DNA of 64,000 nt from Eledone cirrhosa (GCA_964016885.1 OZ024743.1:146506001-146570000), one strand, 5' to 3'; shown: positions 25,283 to 37,330, counted from the stretch's first letter. A program made the numbers and translations. The notes: generated from the sequence alone by a model not told the origin.

Positions 25283-26971
25283 TTGCATGACAATACTAAT
25301 AACACAAACAAAGACACAACAAACAAAAAAATAACAGTTGAAAATAACATAATATCAGAAAACAAAGCAGACGACAAGATTTCTTTTGCACAGAAAACAA
25401 AGAAATCTTTGACTTATATAGCGGAAAACATTTCAGATGTGGTACGAAGGATCACGGACGCAAAACAATACATAAGTGAAGGTGAGAATGGTATTTTATT
25501 GGTAAAAATGCCTCAAGAATTCACGAAAGACATTGAAAGCCGAACGGTCAAGTTTCGGACCATCAACAACAGTACAAAAAAACCTGAACAGCCTTCTCAA
25601 GCAGATATCAAAACAGTACTCGCAGAAGTACTGAATGAAACAACTTTCATAAGAAAAGACAGACTGTATGGAAGCCTAGCAATTATCATGAAGAACGAAT
25701 CGGCGGCAAAAAAATGTGCTTTGTCACCGATTCGTTCGAAAAATTTCACCTTTTATCCATCTTATATGGGGAAAAAAACTCAACGCATATGGCTGGATGC
25801 AATGATGCCAGATGTGGACTACTGCTGGCTCATAGCTGGCTTCATCGATCCAGTGAATGACAACGTGATTTCCATTGGGAAAACCACAGGCAATGCGTTC
25901 AGTGGAACAGGTATAGAGCTGGTAGTACAAATGAAGCCTGAACGCATCGCCCAAATACCCGACAGAATCCTATTAGAGGACCACGGGTATATAAACATTA
26001 GCGTGGAGGGGAGAAGGCCGTCCTGCCATATCTGTGCAGGCAGAGGGCACCTGAAGGCCGCTTGTCCCCAACTCAACAAAAAGAAAACCCTGCTACCAAC
26101 ACCAGCTCCACCACCACCACCACAACAGATAAACAAACAACAAAACTCAGTCCCACCCAACCCGTCCCTCAGTAACACCACAACACCACCACAACACAAA
26201 CAGTCACAACACATTACCCCAAAACAAAATACAGGCCCACCCAACCTCTCACTCAATAAAACAACACAACCACCGCAGACACAACACACAACACAGCCTA
26301 ACATAGTGACATCCATCTCCCCCACAAAGAAAACCAACACGGAAACATTACCAGCAAACATACCTCTTCCCTCCAACACTGAAGATAACCCAACGAATTC
26401 GGAGGAAGAAACGGAGTCCTTCAGACAGATTAAAAGGAAAAAAAGAAAACATGTGCAAAACACACAAGGACAAACAACCCCCACCCAAATCGCAACACAA
26501 TCTAACAAAACAGAAAACACCCCTCCAGCAACAAACAAAACCAAACCTGCCCCTCCCCTCTTCGAAACACTTACACCATCGGAAAAAAAGACATTACACT
26601 ATACTTACATCAACAGAAACAATAATAAATTAAATGAACTCATATACAATAATCCTTCGGTACAAACCGAAGGTGTAAACTTTGTTTCATCAGAAAACCA
26701 CCCACATTTAAAACTAATAAAAATCCCAATGAACCTCTACCAAAAACTAAAAAAGGATTTTAAGGAGGACGTAGGACCACCCTCTGTCAAACCCATAAAC
26801 CGCGTCCTACTAAAAAGCTTTCCCCCTCCCCTTCCCCTCCCCAACACAACTCCAAACACCCCAACCCCACCACACACCGACGACCCCACACCACCACAAG
26901 ACACCCCTTCACCCAACACCCCCGACCCCATGGAAGTCGTGCAACCCGAACCCCGGGAAGCGGAAAGGTAG
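25283..26971 (+). CDS. Tx1 ORF1, gag-like nucleic-acid-binding protein
   Basis: 562-aa open frame with CCHC knuckle CHICAGRGHLKAAC and a P/T/Q-rich tail; true start probably ATG 25089 across an A13 run. Confidence 0.85.
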   Translation: MHDNTNNTNKDTTNKKITVENNIISENKADDKISFAQKTKKSLTYIAENISDVVRRITDAKQYISEGENGILLVKMPQEFTKDIESRTVKFRTINNSTKKPEQPSQADIKTVLAEVLNETTFIRKDRLYGSLAIIMKNESAAKKCALSPIRSKNFTFYPSYMGKKTQRIWLDAMMPDVDYCWLIAGFIDPVNDNVISIGKTTGNAFSGTGIELVVQMKPERIAQIPDRILLEDHGYINISVEGRRPSCHICAGRGHLKAACPQLNKKKTLLPTPAPPPPPQQINKQQNSVPPNPSLSNTTTPPQHKQSQHITPKQNTGPPNLSLNKTTQPPQTQHTTQPNIVTSISPTKKTNTETLPANIPLPSNTEDNPTNSEEETESFRQIKRKKRKHVQNTQGQTTPTQIATQSNKTENTPPATNKTKPAPPLFETLTPSEKKTLHYTYINRNNNKLNELIYNNPSVQTEGVNFVSSENHPHLKLIKIPMNLYQKLKKDFKEDVGPPSVKPINRVLLKSFPPPLPLPNTTPNTPTPPHTDDPTPPQDTPSPNTPDPMEVVQPEPREAER

Positions 26972-27004
26972 GTCTCTACACTCTCCTTTGGCTCTGCCGC
27001 CCAC

Positions 27005-30000
27005 ATGGATGTGTTAAGAGTAGGATGTTTGAATGCACGTGGCCTGGGCTCAACTTGGAAGCAAGCAAAGCTTCTAAATGACCTCAGGTCATGTAGTATA
27101 AATGTAATGGTTATCTGTGAGACTCGAATCAGCGTCATGCGGCAGCTGGCCCCCACCTTCGATGACTTTGAGGTGCATGCATCTCTCTGTCAACCTGGAG
27201 GTGGGGGTGGGGTTGTCGTGCTGCTGCAAAAACACCTGGGTCTTGCCGTACAGGTTGTGCACTCGGACCCGGAGGGTCGTTTGTTGGTGCTAGACGTTGG
27301 CAGTAGTGAAAGTGCGGCCTTGAGACTGGTCGCCGTCTACTCCCCTTTCGGAGCTGAACGGCCCGACTTCTTCCAGCGTTTGGAGACTTTTCTGGGAACG
27401 TCGCGTTCCCTGCTTCTAGCGGGGGATTGGAATGACATCCTGGATGCACGTTGGGACTATGCAGGAGCATGTCCTAATAGAGGGGGGTGTAACAGCCTCA
27501 AGGGGTTACTCGACCGTTTTAACTTGGTCGATAGATATCGACTAGATTTTCCAACTGTGCCTACCTGGACTTGGAGAAACCACAGTGGTCAATCTAGATC
27601 GTACTTAGATAGATTCTTAGTTAGAAGTAAGGATAGGGACATATTAAGCTGTCCAGAAATGCGCACGGTTGGCTACACGGATCACAAATTAGTGACCTGC
27701 GTGGTCAATCTCGAGAAAACACATAGACAGGGTCCCGGTTACTGGAAACTTAATTTGTCGTTACCGGCAAAAGAGACTTACAGAAACCGGATTAGCAGAT
27801 TAGTTAAGGAGAGGTTGACGGGTGCAATCGTCAACAACCGATGGTGGGCATCTCTCAAAAGAGAGATTAGAACAGAATCAATAAGTTATAGCAAGATGTT
27901 AGCTGCCGATAGGAATAGAAACGAGAAAGAATTAACAGGTAAATTAGAAGAGGCAATCAAGAGCGAAGATGTGGCCAGAGTGATGGCATCGAGGACGGCC
28001 TTGAACCAGTTTTTCGATGCAAAGCATGAAGGCTGCGTCATTCGAAGTAAAATACGTGCTCTAGGTAATGAGGGGGCCAAAGCCGTTGGATGGGCCCGCG
28101 TGACAGAAGCTAAAAGTGGAAATCGATCCACCATCCGGTCGTTGCAAGACGAAGATGGACGAGTGATCCGGGAGCCTAAGCAGATGTGCGAGGCCTTTCA
28201 AAAGCACTTTGCCCGATTGTTCGGGGGAGGCGAGGGTCCGGGCCGGGGCGTGGATTTCGGTCCATACCTCGACGGCCTGCCGCGTCTCTCGAACAAAGAG
28301 GCAGAGTCCTGCGAGGGACCAATCTCGGCTGATGAGATCGGAGATGCGCTGAGCCAATGCAGCAGACGCAAATCTCCAGGTCTCGATGGTATACCTTACG
28401 AACTTTATTTAGCAATGCCGGTCTTCTTCTCCGAACTCCTCGAAGCGGTCTACTGCAATTGGCAGCAGAACGGGAGAATTCCTTGTTCTGTAGCCAAGGG
28501 CGTAGTCACGCTGGTGAGGAAGGACGAGAACAAGGGGGATAGTATAAATAATTTTCGGCCCATAACCCTGCTAAACACAGAGTTAAAGATTTTGGCCAAG
28601 GTGTTAGCAAAGAGGTTGGCGCTTGTCGTGGGTGGCCTGGTGGGAGATGCGCAGACATGTGCTATCCCATCCAGGTCCATTCACGATAACCTCCACCTCA
28701 TGCGATACATCATAGAGAGGGTTGGCAACAAACCCGGCTTCGGTGGGGCCCTGATCAACTTGGATCAGTCTAAGGCCTTCGATAGGGTCGACCATGGTTA
28801 CCTGGATGCGGTGCTAGCGGCGGCTGGGTTCGGTCCTGTTTTCAGAGGCTGGATCACTGCCCTACATAGCAACCACATCTGTTCTAGGATCAAGGTGAAC
28901 GGCTACCTTTCGAAGCCGTTCGAAATCACACGATCCATTCGACAGGGGTGCCCTCTCTCCTCCCTTCTGTACGTATTGACTCTCGAGCCTTTACTGAGGA
29001 AGTTGGAGTTGTTGCAGGGTATCCCCCTGGAACCAGGATTGAGCAAAGCGGTGTCGGCCTACGCCGATGACGTAACAGTAATGGTATCAACCGACTCGGA
29101 GATCGAGGCGATCGGTACCTTACTGGAGGAGTACGAAAGGTTGTCAGGAGCGAAACTGAACCGGGAAAAATCCATCGGGCTGCAACTCGGAACGTGGAGA
29201 GGCAAACCGATGCCTCCTGACGGTGTCGTCGGACACTGGACGGAGGGCCCGGTAAAGTTGCTTGGGGTCTGGTTTGGACCGGACCTCCAGGTGGAAAAGA
29301 ACTGGAACGAGGTTACGAACAAGGTGTTTGCACTAACCCAGAAATGGGCCAAGTGTAAGCTGTCCCTAAAAGGCCGGGCGGAGGTGGCGAACATTTACAT
29401 AGCGTCCGTCACTTACTACCGCCTGACTGTCGTGCCTTGCCCTAAGGAAACACTCACCACCATGGAACGCATGCTCTTCCAATTTCTTTGGAAGAAGCGT
29501 CCTCCTATGGTGAGAAGATCCATCTGCTGCCAACAACCTTCGAAAGGAGGGCTGGGGATGCCGTGGTTGATGATGCGTAGGCACGCATTAAGGCTACGGC
29601 ACCTACAGGTATTCCTCACTGGTCAACCGGTGTGGGCTCCGTTCGTGAAACGAGCCTTTCCGAGACTCGTCTCACTCACCGAGCTACAGTCCTGGGTCAA
29701 GCAAAGATCCGGAAAACTGGGAGACTGGCACACTGAGTGTGCTCAGGCGCTCAGGGCTCTCTGGCAAGCGGGCCGGGCCATCGGTGGAGAATCCACCTCA
29801 TCATTCTATAGAGGGCTGGTGGCTAGCAGGGGCGATGACACCCTTGGAGAGTCGCTGGACATGGAGGAAGACGAACTGGCCAGCCTGTTCGGTAGGACTT
29901 TCGGCCCAGGACCAATGGACAACTTCCAGAAGTCACTGGCCTGGCAGTGCTACCGAGGGGCTCTACCCGTTCGAGAGAGGCTCTACAGACACGGGCGCCC

Positions 30001-30442
30001 GGGCAGGGATCCCTCAAAAAAGATTTGCCCTAGATGCGTGCGTCACGAAGAAACCGTGGCGCACGCATTGGTGCAATGTCCGGGCGTGGCTGATCTGTGG
30101 GGCTACGCCGAACAACTGCTGTCGCGGGTGGCGCCGATTAAATTGACCGCCGAGTCCGTGATGACAATCAAACCGCCTCCCCTCTTCACAAAGGAAGCAA
30201 AGGCGGTTTTTCTGTGCGTAATAGCCATGTTGAAAGAGGTTGTTTGGTGGACACGATTGAAAGGTCTGAGGTCAGGCAACTTCCTCTCTGGCCATAGTCT
30301 GGTCTACTTCTTCCGATATCACTTCGGAAGAAGGATAAGAATGGAGAGAGAGGTGCTTGGCCACAGGCAGTTTTATGAAAGGTGGGTGATAGTGGCGAGA
30401 ATGGCTCGTGTAAATGGGCCTTCTCTGTATACCATCCTGTAG
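27005..30442 (+). CDS. Tx1 ORF2: APE endonuclease + reverse transcriptase + C-terminal zinc finger
   Basis: NARG, ETR, GDWN, SYLDR, TDHK (APE); SPGLDG, FRPITLLN, KAFDRVD, RQGCPLS, YADD (RT); KGGLG; CPRC..ETVAHALVQC; 1145 aa uninterrupted. Confidence 0.96.
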   Translation: MDVLRVGCLNARGLGSTWKQAKLLNDLRSCSINVMVICETRISVMRQLAPTFDDFEVHASLCQPGGGGGVVVLLQKHLGLAVQVVHSDPEGRLLVLDVGSSESAALRLVAVYSPFGAERPDFFQRLETFLGTSRSLLLAGDWNDILDARWDYAGACPNRGGCNSLKGLLDRFNLVDRYRLDFPTVPTWTWRNHSGQSRSYLDRFLVRSKDRDILSCPEMRTVGYTDHKLVTCVVNLEKTHRQGPGYWKLNLSLPAKETYRNRISRLVKERLTGAIVNNRWWASLKREIRTESISYSKMLAADRNRNEKELTGKLEEAIKSEDVARVMASRTALNQFFDAKHEGCVIRSKIRALGNEGAKAVGWARVTEAKSGNRSTIRSLQDEDGRVIREPKQMCEAFQKHFARLFGGGEGPGRGVDFGPYLDGLPRLSNKEAESCEGPISADEIGDALSQCSRRKSPGLDGIPYELYLAMPVFFSELLEAVYCNWQQNGRIPCSVAKGVVTLVRKDENKGDSINNFRPITLLNTELKILAKVLAKRLALVVGGLVGDAQTCAIPSRSIHDNLHLMRYIIERVGNKPGFGGALINLDQSKAFDRVDHGYLDAVLAAAGFGPVFRGWITALHSNHICSRIKVNGYLSKPFEITRSIRQGCPLSSLLYVLTLEPLLRKLELLQGIPLEPGLSKAVSAYADDVTVMVSTDSEIEAIGTLLEEYERLSGAKLNREKSIGLQLGTWRGKPMPPDGVVGHWTEGPVKLLGVWFGPDLQVEKNWNEVTNKVFALTQKWAKCKLSLKGRAEVANIYIASVTYYRLTVVPCPKETLTTMERMLFQFLWKKRPPMVRRSICCQQPSKGGLGMPWLMMRRHALRLRHLQVFLTGQPVWAPFVKRAFPRLVSLTELQSWVKQRSGKLGDWHTECAQALRALWQAGRAIGGESTSSFYRGLVASRGDDTLGESLDMEEDELASLFGRTFGPGPMDNFQKSLAWQCYRGALPVRERLYRHGRPGRDPSKKICPRCVRHEETVAHALVQCPGVADLWGYAEQLLSRVAPIKLTAESVMTIKPPPLFTKEAKAVFLCVIAMLKEVVWWTRLKGLRSGNFLSGHSLVYFFRYHFGRRIRMEREVLGHRQFYERWVIVARMARVNGPSLYTIL

Positions 30443-30692
30443 GTAAAGAAGTAAAGGAGAGGGGAGCACCTTCTCCATGTGCTCCCCGGGCAAAGGATTG
30501 CACACTTTTTCGGGGGTGTGTGCAACCCCCATCACGTCCCCTCCCTTTTGAGGTTATTTTCGATTATTTTCATGTTACACCCTTTTTACTCGATTATATG
30601 TAAACTCCCCCTTTGTATTTGTCCCTTCTTTTTATGCCTTTATGGTAAATAAAGAAATCTATCTATCTATCTATCTATCTATCTATATATCC

Positions 30693-30774
<82 letters not shown>

Positions 30775-30815
30775 TTATCCATCTACCTACCTACATATCT
30801 ATCTATCTATCTATC

Positions 30816-30870
30816 CGGCATGTCTTTGTATTGTCCCCTTTTCTTGTGTGCCCTTGTGGCTAATAAAGAA
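30816..30870 (+). mobile_element. Tx1 3'-end fragment (subfamily of 47707-53180)
   Basis: CGGCATGTCTTTGTATTGTCCCCTTTTCTTGTG..CCCTTGTGGC.AATAAAGAA followed by (ATCT)n. Confidence 0.88.
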
Positions 30871-31005
30871 ATCTATCTATCTATCTCTCAGTCTATCTAA
30901 TTTTCTACATTTATATTTCTCCCTCTTTCTACTTCACTTTAACACCTTCACACATTCCATCTTTCTCTCTCTTGCTCCTTTTCTTATATATATATATATA
31001 TATAT

Positions 31006-31096
<91 letters not shown>

Positions 31097-31097
31097 T

Positions 31098-31132
<35 letters not shown>

Positions 31133-31133
31133 T

Positions 31134-31182
<49 letters not shown>

Positions 31183-31301
31183 GGAGGTGAGTTTTATTGT
31201 AGTACAATAAAGCAATGCAATGCAGATATCGGATAAGAAGCATACACATACACTCATATATATATATATATATATACATATATGTATCCATATATATATA
31301 T

Positions 31302-31387
<86 letters not shown>

Positions 31388-31406
31388 ATATATATATATG
31401 GATACA

Positions 31407-31437
<31 letters not shown>

Positions 31438-32021
31438 GAGTGTATGTGTACGTATGTATATATGTGTATAAATGTGAGTGTATGTTTGTATGTGTGTATG
31501 TATGTGTGTTTACGTATGTATGAGTGTTGTTTTGTTGTAGTTAGTTGTGTGGAGTTTTGGTCAATGAAATACATTTAGTACTATTCCCTGTCTTTAATTG
31601 TCACAGAGATTTTCTTCAAAGTTCCAACATCTGCTAGAAGAGTTTATTTCTGTGATCTTTTGCTTTTTTTTTTAATTACTTTTACCCTATTATCTATCTT
31701 TTTTTCTTTTCTTCCATTCTTCTATTAACTCTGAGTATTTTTACTTGTTATGTAAATTTTACTTTTACTTTGAGACAACAACAGCAACAACTAGATTTTA
31801 ATCAAATATTTAGTTGTTACTTTTTCTTTGGTGTTGTTGTTCGTGTGTTTTTTTAAATATCTTAATTCTTTAGTGTTTATTTCATTCCAATTTAATTTTA
31901 ATTTATATAGTTTACTTATTTTTTAAATTTCTTTCTTTTGTTATTTTCATTTTCCAGCAGACTTTAATTACAAATCATTTTTACACTCGGTGATTATTTA
32001 ATTGTTTTATATATACATACA

Positions 32022-32053
<32 letters not shown>

Positions 32054-32430
32054 ATATACATATACATATATACATGCATACATATATATATGTCTATATA
32101 TATGTCTCTATATATGTCTATATATTTATATATATATATGTGTGTGTGTATATATGTATGTATGTGTGTGTCTGTGTGTATTGTTGGTGTTTTTATTTTC
32201 TTAAAATTTTGAAATTTTCTTCTAATTTATGTATGTGATTAAAAGGGTTGACAAAATCACCAGAGAGCATGTATTCTTGATCCTATCTTTGGTAAGAGGT
32301 AATGGACTTGTTCTCATGCTGTGTAAATGTGTGTAAAGCCTCTCCTTGCATTTTGTAAAGCATCTCTCTTCTTTCTTTATGTTCTTTTCTTTCTTCACCC
32401 TAATGGGAACGTAATTTATACATGATGCAT

Positions 32431-32473
<43 letters not shown>

Positions 32474-32496
32474 AACACATGCACACACATACACAC

Positions 32497-32529
<33 letters not shown>

Positions 32530-33959
32530 ATACATGTATAATATGTATATTCAGGTATAAACACACATTCACACACCCGTACTCAGGCATAAAGACAAAC
32601 ACAACGAACCACGAACATAGATTCACATCCACATATACATACATGCATACATTTAATCAGTTATCTGTTCATTGTTCTTTAAGTTTAAGGATTGGATTCC
32701 ATCAAATCAAGTCAAATTGACCTTTTTCTACTCTCTATTCCTTTCAGGTTTCTGCCAGTGATTCCAATATTGAGACATATAAAGGCATGCAAACACACAC
32801 ACAATATCATCATCATTACATCCATCATCTTAATCATATTTTCCCTATTTTGCTTGGTTTTCTCCTGTTAAAAATACCTTAATCTATGACCAAACAATGA
32901 AATAATAAGCAAACATCTACATCAGTGCTTTTCAACTGGGGTTCATATAAGAATTTTGGGAGTCCATACAAAAAGAAAGCAGTCAAAAAACAAATAGGGG
33001 GTCCACAGTAGTATTGTAGGGGTCCATAAAATTGCTGCTTTCCAAGAAAATATCTTAAACTTTAGGGAAAGAAAAAAATTATAAAAACAAATAAAACAAC
33101 TAACCAGAGCAGTTGGTCAAAATATTCCCTAGGAAATTAGAAATCAAAATAAATGATACTTGGCAATAGCAATGACAACTACAACCAGAATCAGTTGTCA
33201 TGGAGTGTAAATACATTTATATACTCATACATACATACACAAAGAGTTGGGAAGACTCTCCGGTGTGTCAAAGACATGACAATCTCTCCTCTGCATTCTG
33301 TGGAACATGAAACCATACACAAGTGAGACACAGATCCCTGTCTTGTCTGGAAGATAAATAGCTCCACTACAGTACTGACTTTTGCAGGATTGTTATAGTT
33401 AGAACAACTATGATCTGCTGAATCAAAGTTCAGCTGGGGTTATTCAGTGGCAGCAACTGTAAGCAAACACTGTTTTTCATTCAGTTTTCCTTGTCTATTC
33501 ACTGTAAGTATGGCTGTGCAACACTTTGATTGTTTCCTGCCATGGCCCCAAGTTGACTAATGCCATGTGAGTGAAATGTAGCAGTTAAGCATTGTATATA
33601 TATATATAGTAATAATAATAAATGTGAAGACTAAAATCCAAAGAGGGCTCGATAAGGATAAATATATATAAAAAATATAAGAACCATAGAGCAAACATTT
33701 ATTAAAATAACAGATTAAAGTTTAAGCAAAGAATCGCTGCTTTCACCCTTAACGGGATCTTCTGAAACAAAAAAAAAATCAATCTGTGAATGCAGAAGTA
33801 AATATTTCGAAAAACATTGCAATCGAAGGAAAACAGGAAGACGATACTTTGGTTCGCGAAGACGTTCCCTGGCAATGAACGTAAAAAAGCGGAGTGGTGA
33901 GAACAATTACACGCAAAGACAAAACTACGTTTATGGTATAAATGGAGTCATTAGACTAA

Positions 33960-34470
33960 TATTCTATTTAGGAAACTGATTAATACTCGGCTTCGGAGTT
34001 AAGAATAATGTAAATAAAGAAGACCGCCCTATAATACGCAACGGGAACTCCACATTGGGCACTCGGGGGTCGACCACCTCTTCCAACTGCAGAACCCCCA
34101 CATTATGCCCTCTTAGTAATGAATGCCCAATGAAGAACTTAACATACGGATGTAGAGTAAAACCCCCCAACTCTGAGCACCTTTACATCGGAGCCACATC
34201 AACGAGCTTCAAAGACAGATGGTATAATCATCACCATTCCTTTAATAGGGAGGATAAAAGGAAAAGTACGGCTCTTTCCGAACTGATCTGGAAGCTCAAG
34301 CTGGACAGGACCCCGTACTCTCTGGCTTGGTCCCAAATCAGTAGCACCTGATAGAGGGGGATCTGGCATCTGCAGAGATACTCAGCGGTGGAAGCAGCCT
34401 AATAAACCTCAGGACCGACTTCTTTGGTACCTGTAGACACCTCAGGGCTGGAACCTTCCTCAAGCCACAT
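33960..34470 (+). pseudogene. Penelope-like GIY-YIG endonuclease fragment (CxC..CPL..C type)
   Basis: SNCRTPTLCPLSNEC..LTYGCRV..LYIGATSTSFKDRWYNHHHSF..TALSELIWKLK, downstream LINLRTDFFGTCRH. Confidence 0.8.
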
Positions 34471-35766
34471 GGACAATAACAACTCATTGGGATGGGAACT
34501 TCCCTCAGGCTATAGGGACAGTAGCCCCGCCACACCAAGCCCAAGGTAAACCACCCCATACACACTCACCTACTCCCACCTCGATCGACTCCTATAGCAA
34601 CACACTTACCTAGCAGCTAAAACCATGCCTCACACCGCTATAGTCAACCCCTCTCTCACACTTCCTTAACCAGAACTCAAGTTAGCTGACACTAGATAAT
34701 ATAAATAGACGAAGTACGTCGGTGGAGTCTTATCCTCTGTGCAGACAGGCACCCCAGGTTTCCGACCAGCGGGACCCCAACGCCCAACTCCGGCTTGTAA
34801 CCCGAATACCCAGAGGATATCCTGCCTCGAACCAGACCCCACTCGCACGCATGAGTCAGGGATAAATACCACAAGTAAAAATGACGCGCCGATTACTACA
34901 ACTTACCCCTCTCCCTGCTTCCAGAGGGGACTTTGAGACTGTGTCCGTGTGGGTGCATCCACATGTGGGCGTATATGCAGGTATGTGTCTGCGTACATGT
35001 ATGCGAGTGTGTGACTGTGCAGACGTAACATGGAAATGCACCTGAGCCTGTGTTTGTACGAGTGTGCTTCCAACGATGTGCGTTGACATACACGCATATG
35101 TACTTTATGCTGAAATAAGAACTGTAGTCCTTTGCATTTCCACATTTTGACACACAGGTTTTTGGTGTTTTACACTCCACTTTTACCTCATTTGTTCTTA
35201 AAACGCACCACTCGATGATAAAATAAGAATTGTAATTCTTTACACTTCTCGATTCTGACACACAGGTTTTCTACTTCAGTTAATATTTTTAAAATTTTTC
35301 GAATTTTGATATTGGTTGTAACACATGCATTTTTTATTTGTTTAGCACCCCCGCCCCCACTACCACGTGAAATGGTGGCAGGATAGATGCCAGACTACAC
35401 ACATAAATTCTTCAGAATATAGCAGCAGCACACTAAAGCTGACCTGCCAGCTGACCCCTTCACACTACTATCACTACCAACACAATGGAGGAGGTCAGCT
35501 GCAGTTAAACATTCGGACAAAAACAACTATAACAGATTGACTTGCCTCAGAAAAATTTCTATAGACTTTTGACTGAGGAATGTTCTCACAATTGACCAAT
35601 GGGATGCGAGCGTGTCCTATGACACCGAAATTCGTTTGTTCTAACCCATATGATTCCAGTTCCTCAGAGGAATAACAACACAACCAGGAGCTGGATATAT
35701 CGATGTATTGACGGAGTAAAATGCACTTCAACAACATGTGTACCTGTCTTTTCCACACCAATTCGG

Positions 35767-35821
35767 ACTGCCTGAAGAGGTCACAGCCAATGATGGCTGT
35801 CACCAAAATATATATAACAGT
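35767..35821 (+). ncRNA. hammerhead ribozyme motif, core GAAA mutated to AAAA
   Basis: ACTGC-CTGAAGA-GGTCACAGCCA[ATGA]TGGCTGTCACC-AAAA-TATATA-TA-ACAGT; homologous to 43467-43522. Confidence 0.7.
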
Positions 35822-35993
35822 ATATCTATAATTTATAATAAACGAAGCCAACTTTTACATATTTGACTTAATTATTTTACATTACTCTGAAGTAAACAAA
35901 CCAACCTGCGTACTTCGTCGAATGCTCCAATCTGCATATTGAGGTGTCGGTAAACAACCAACATATACTAAAAAAAAAAAAAAAAAAAAAAAA

Positions 35994-36031
<38 letters not shown>

Positions 36032-36034
<3 letters not shown>

Positions 36035-36632
36035 TTCCATACACTGGTAGTTTTCCCTGTTTTATTGATGGCACACTATCTCTCTCTAGTGTGTTACTTT
36101 TCAACATATTGTATTTTAAAGAGCTCAGGATTCCTTTTCCTTTGAGCACATTATTGACAGGGAATAACGAATCCGTTAATTTATCGTGATACAGTCTTTC
36201 CTCTTTCTCTCTGTTAGGTTGAGCACACTTCTTTGAGTGGTTTTGGGCTGCCCTTTCTAGCAGCTCGTCCCTCAGATACCACTGGTTCACTGCCCTAAAC
36301 ACGCTGTGACATCTCTCTGCCGCATGTAGCTGGATGGTCGCTTTAGATTCTCTTAGAGTTGTCTGGAATGTATAGTCTTGCACGCGCTGATGAACCATGG
36401 GCTATTCCATTTCAGTCAACAACTTCCTGGCGAAACAGATCTCTTTGGATTTGTACGCGTGTGTTATATAGTTATAGAGGTGCGTATATACATTTTAATT
36501 TATATTTTTTATTATTGTGTGTCTACCCTGCCTTCCATAGGTTATAGATTCCATACACTGGTGGTTTTCCCTGTTTTATTGGTGGCACACTATCTCTCTG
36601 TAGTGTGTTACCTTTTCAACATATTGTATTTT
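36032..36632 (+). mobile_element. retrozyme-like / pLTR-like non-coding element, 514-bp unit plus 86-bp terminal redundancy
   Basis: direct repeats 36032-36117 and 36546-36632; contains a canonical hammerhead; (TA)n-type microsatellite on both sides. Confidence 0.75.
36380..36462 (+). ncRNA. type I hammerhead ribozyme, canonical with stable stem III
   Basis: stem I CACGCG/CGCGTG; CTGATGA; stem II CCA(T)GG..CCTGG; GAAA; stem III CAGATC[TCTTTG]GATTTG; GUA triplet, predicted cut after 36455. Confidence 0.88.
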
Positions 36633-36734
36633 TATATATATATATATATATATGAAATGTAGCAGGATCTCAGGTAGGCTACCAAAGAACATAGGTTTTA
36701 CATGTGGCCATGGCATATATATATATATATATAT

Positions 36735-37330
36735 ATTTCACTGCACAATCCAAGAAATACAGAGGCACACAATATTATCCACAAGAACATCCTACTATTG
36801 AGACAAGACCTAAGAATGATAAAAAGAATCGAAACACATAAAATAATCAGAAGCAAAAGACAAGCCAAAAAGCGCCAAATTATCCACCACAAACATGATA
36901 CCAATAGTCAAAAAGTGTGGTCACTCTAATTTTGGAACTTGCATTAACCTCATTGAAAACACACTGTATAAATTTAAATCAAGATAATCACTTTTTATAA
37001 AAAATCATTTCACTTGTTCAACAAAAAAAATTGAAGGTGTAATGAAGATTATATAGGGCAAACCAAACTCACCCCTAGAAACAGAATGGCAATTCACCAC
37101 CACAAGACAGATACCACATAGTGATCATTTAGATTTGTGTGCAACGACCCCCCCCCCAAAAAAAAAAATTCCTGGTTTTCCCACTATACCATTATGCAGA
37201 TAATTCCACTGATCAAACAAGAATAAATAAATAAAATATCATCATCATCATCGTTTAATGTCTATCTTCCACGCTAGCATGGGTTAGACAAAATATATTT
37301 ATTAAAAAATACAAACCACGTCTGAATAGA
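36735..37330 (+). pseudogene. decayed Neptune-like PLE C-terminus (GIY-YIG)
   Basis: IIRSKRQAK, YIGQTKLTPRNRMAIH, FLVFPLYH, FIKKYKPRLN remnants; interrupted by an RTE tail at about 37238-37290. Confidence 0.6.

Larger units (their letters stand above)
24872..30656 (+). mobile_element. near full-length Tx1-clade (L1 group) non-LTR retrotransposon in (ATCT)n
   Basis: two long ORFs, 3' UTR ending AATAAAGAA, (ATCT)n on both sides. Confidence 0.93.

Noticed and set aside
27135-30535. many antisense and alternative-frame ORFs inside Tx1 ORF2 (also 50353-53036)
   Set aside because: Shadow ORFs of a GC-richer coding region with no motifs.
30980-31440. YI/IY-repeat ORFs here and throughout the window
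   Set aside because: Translations of (TA)n, (GT)n and (ATCT)n microsatellites.
32922-33030. hAT-like terminus CAGTGCTTTTCAAC (also CAGGCATAGGTAACC near 56132) and mariner-like CAGGGTGTTCCATAA near 59008
   Set aside because: No convincing matching second TIR or TSD was found.
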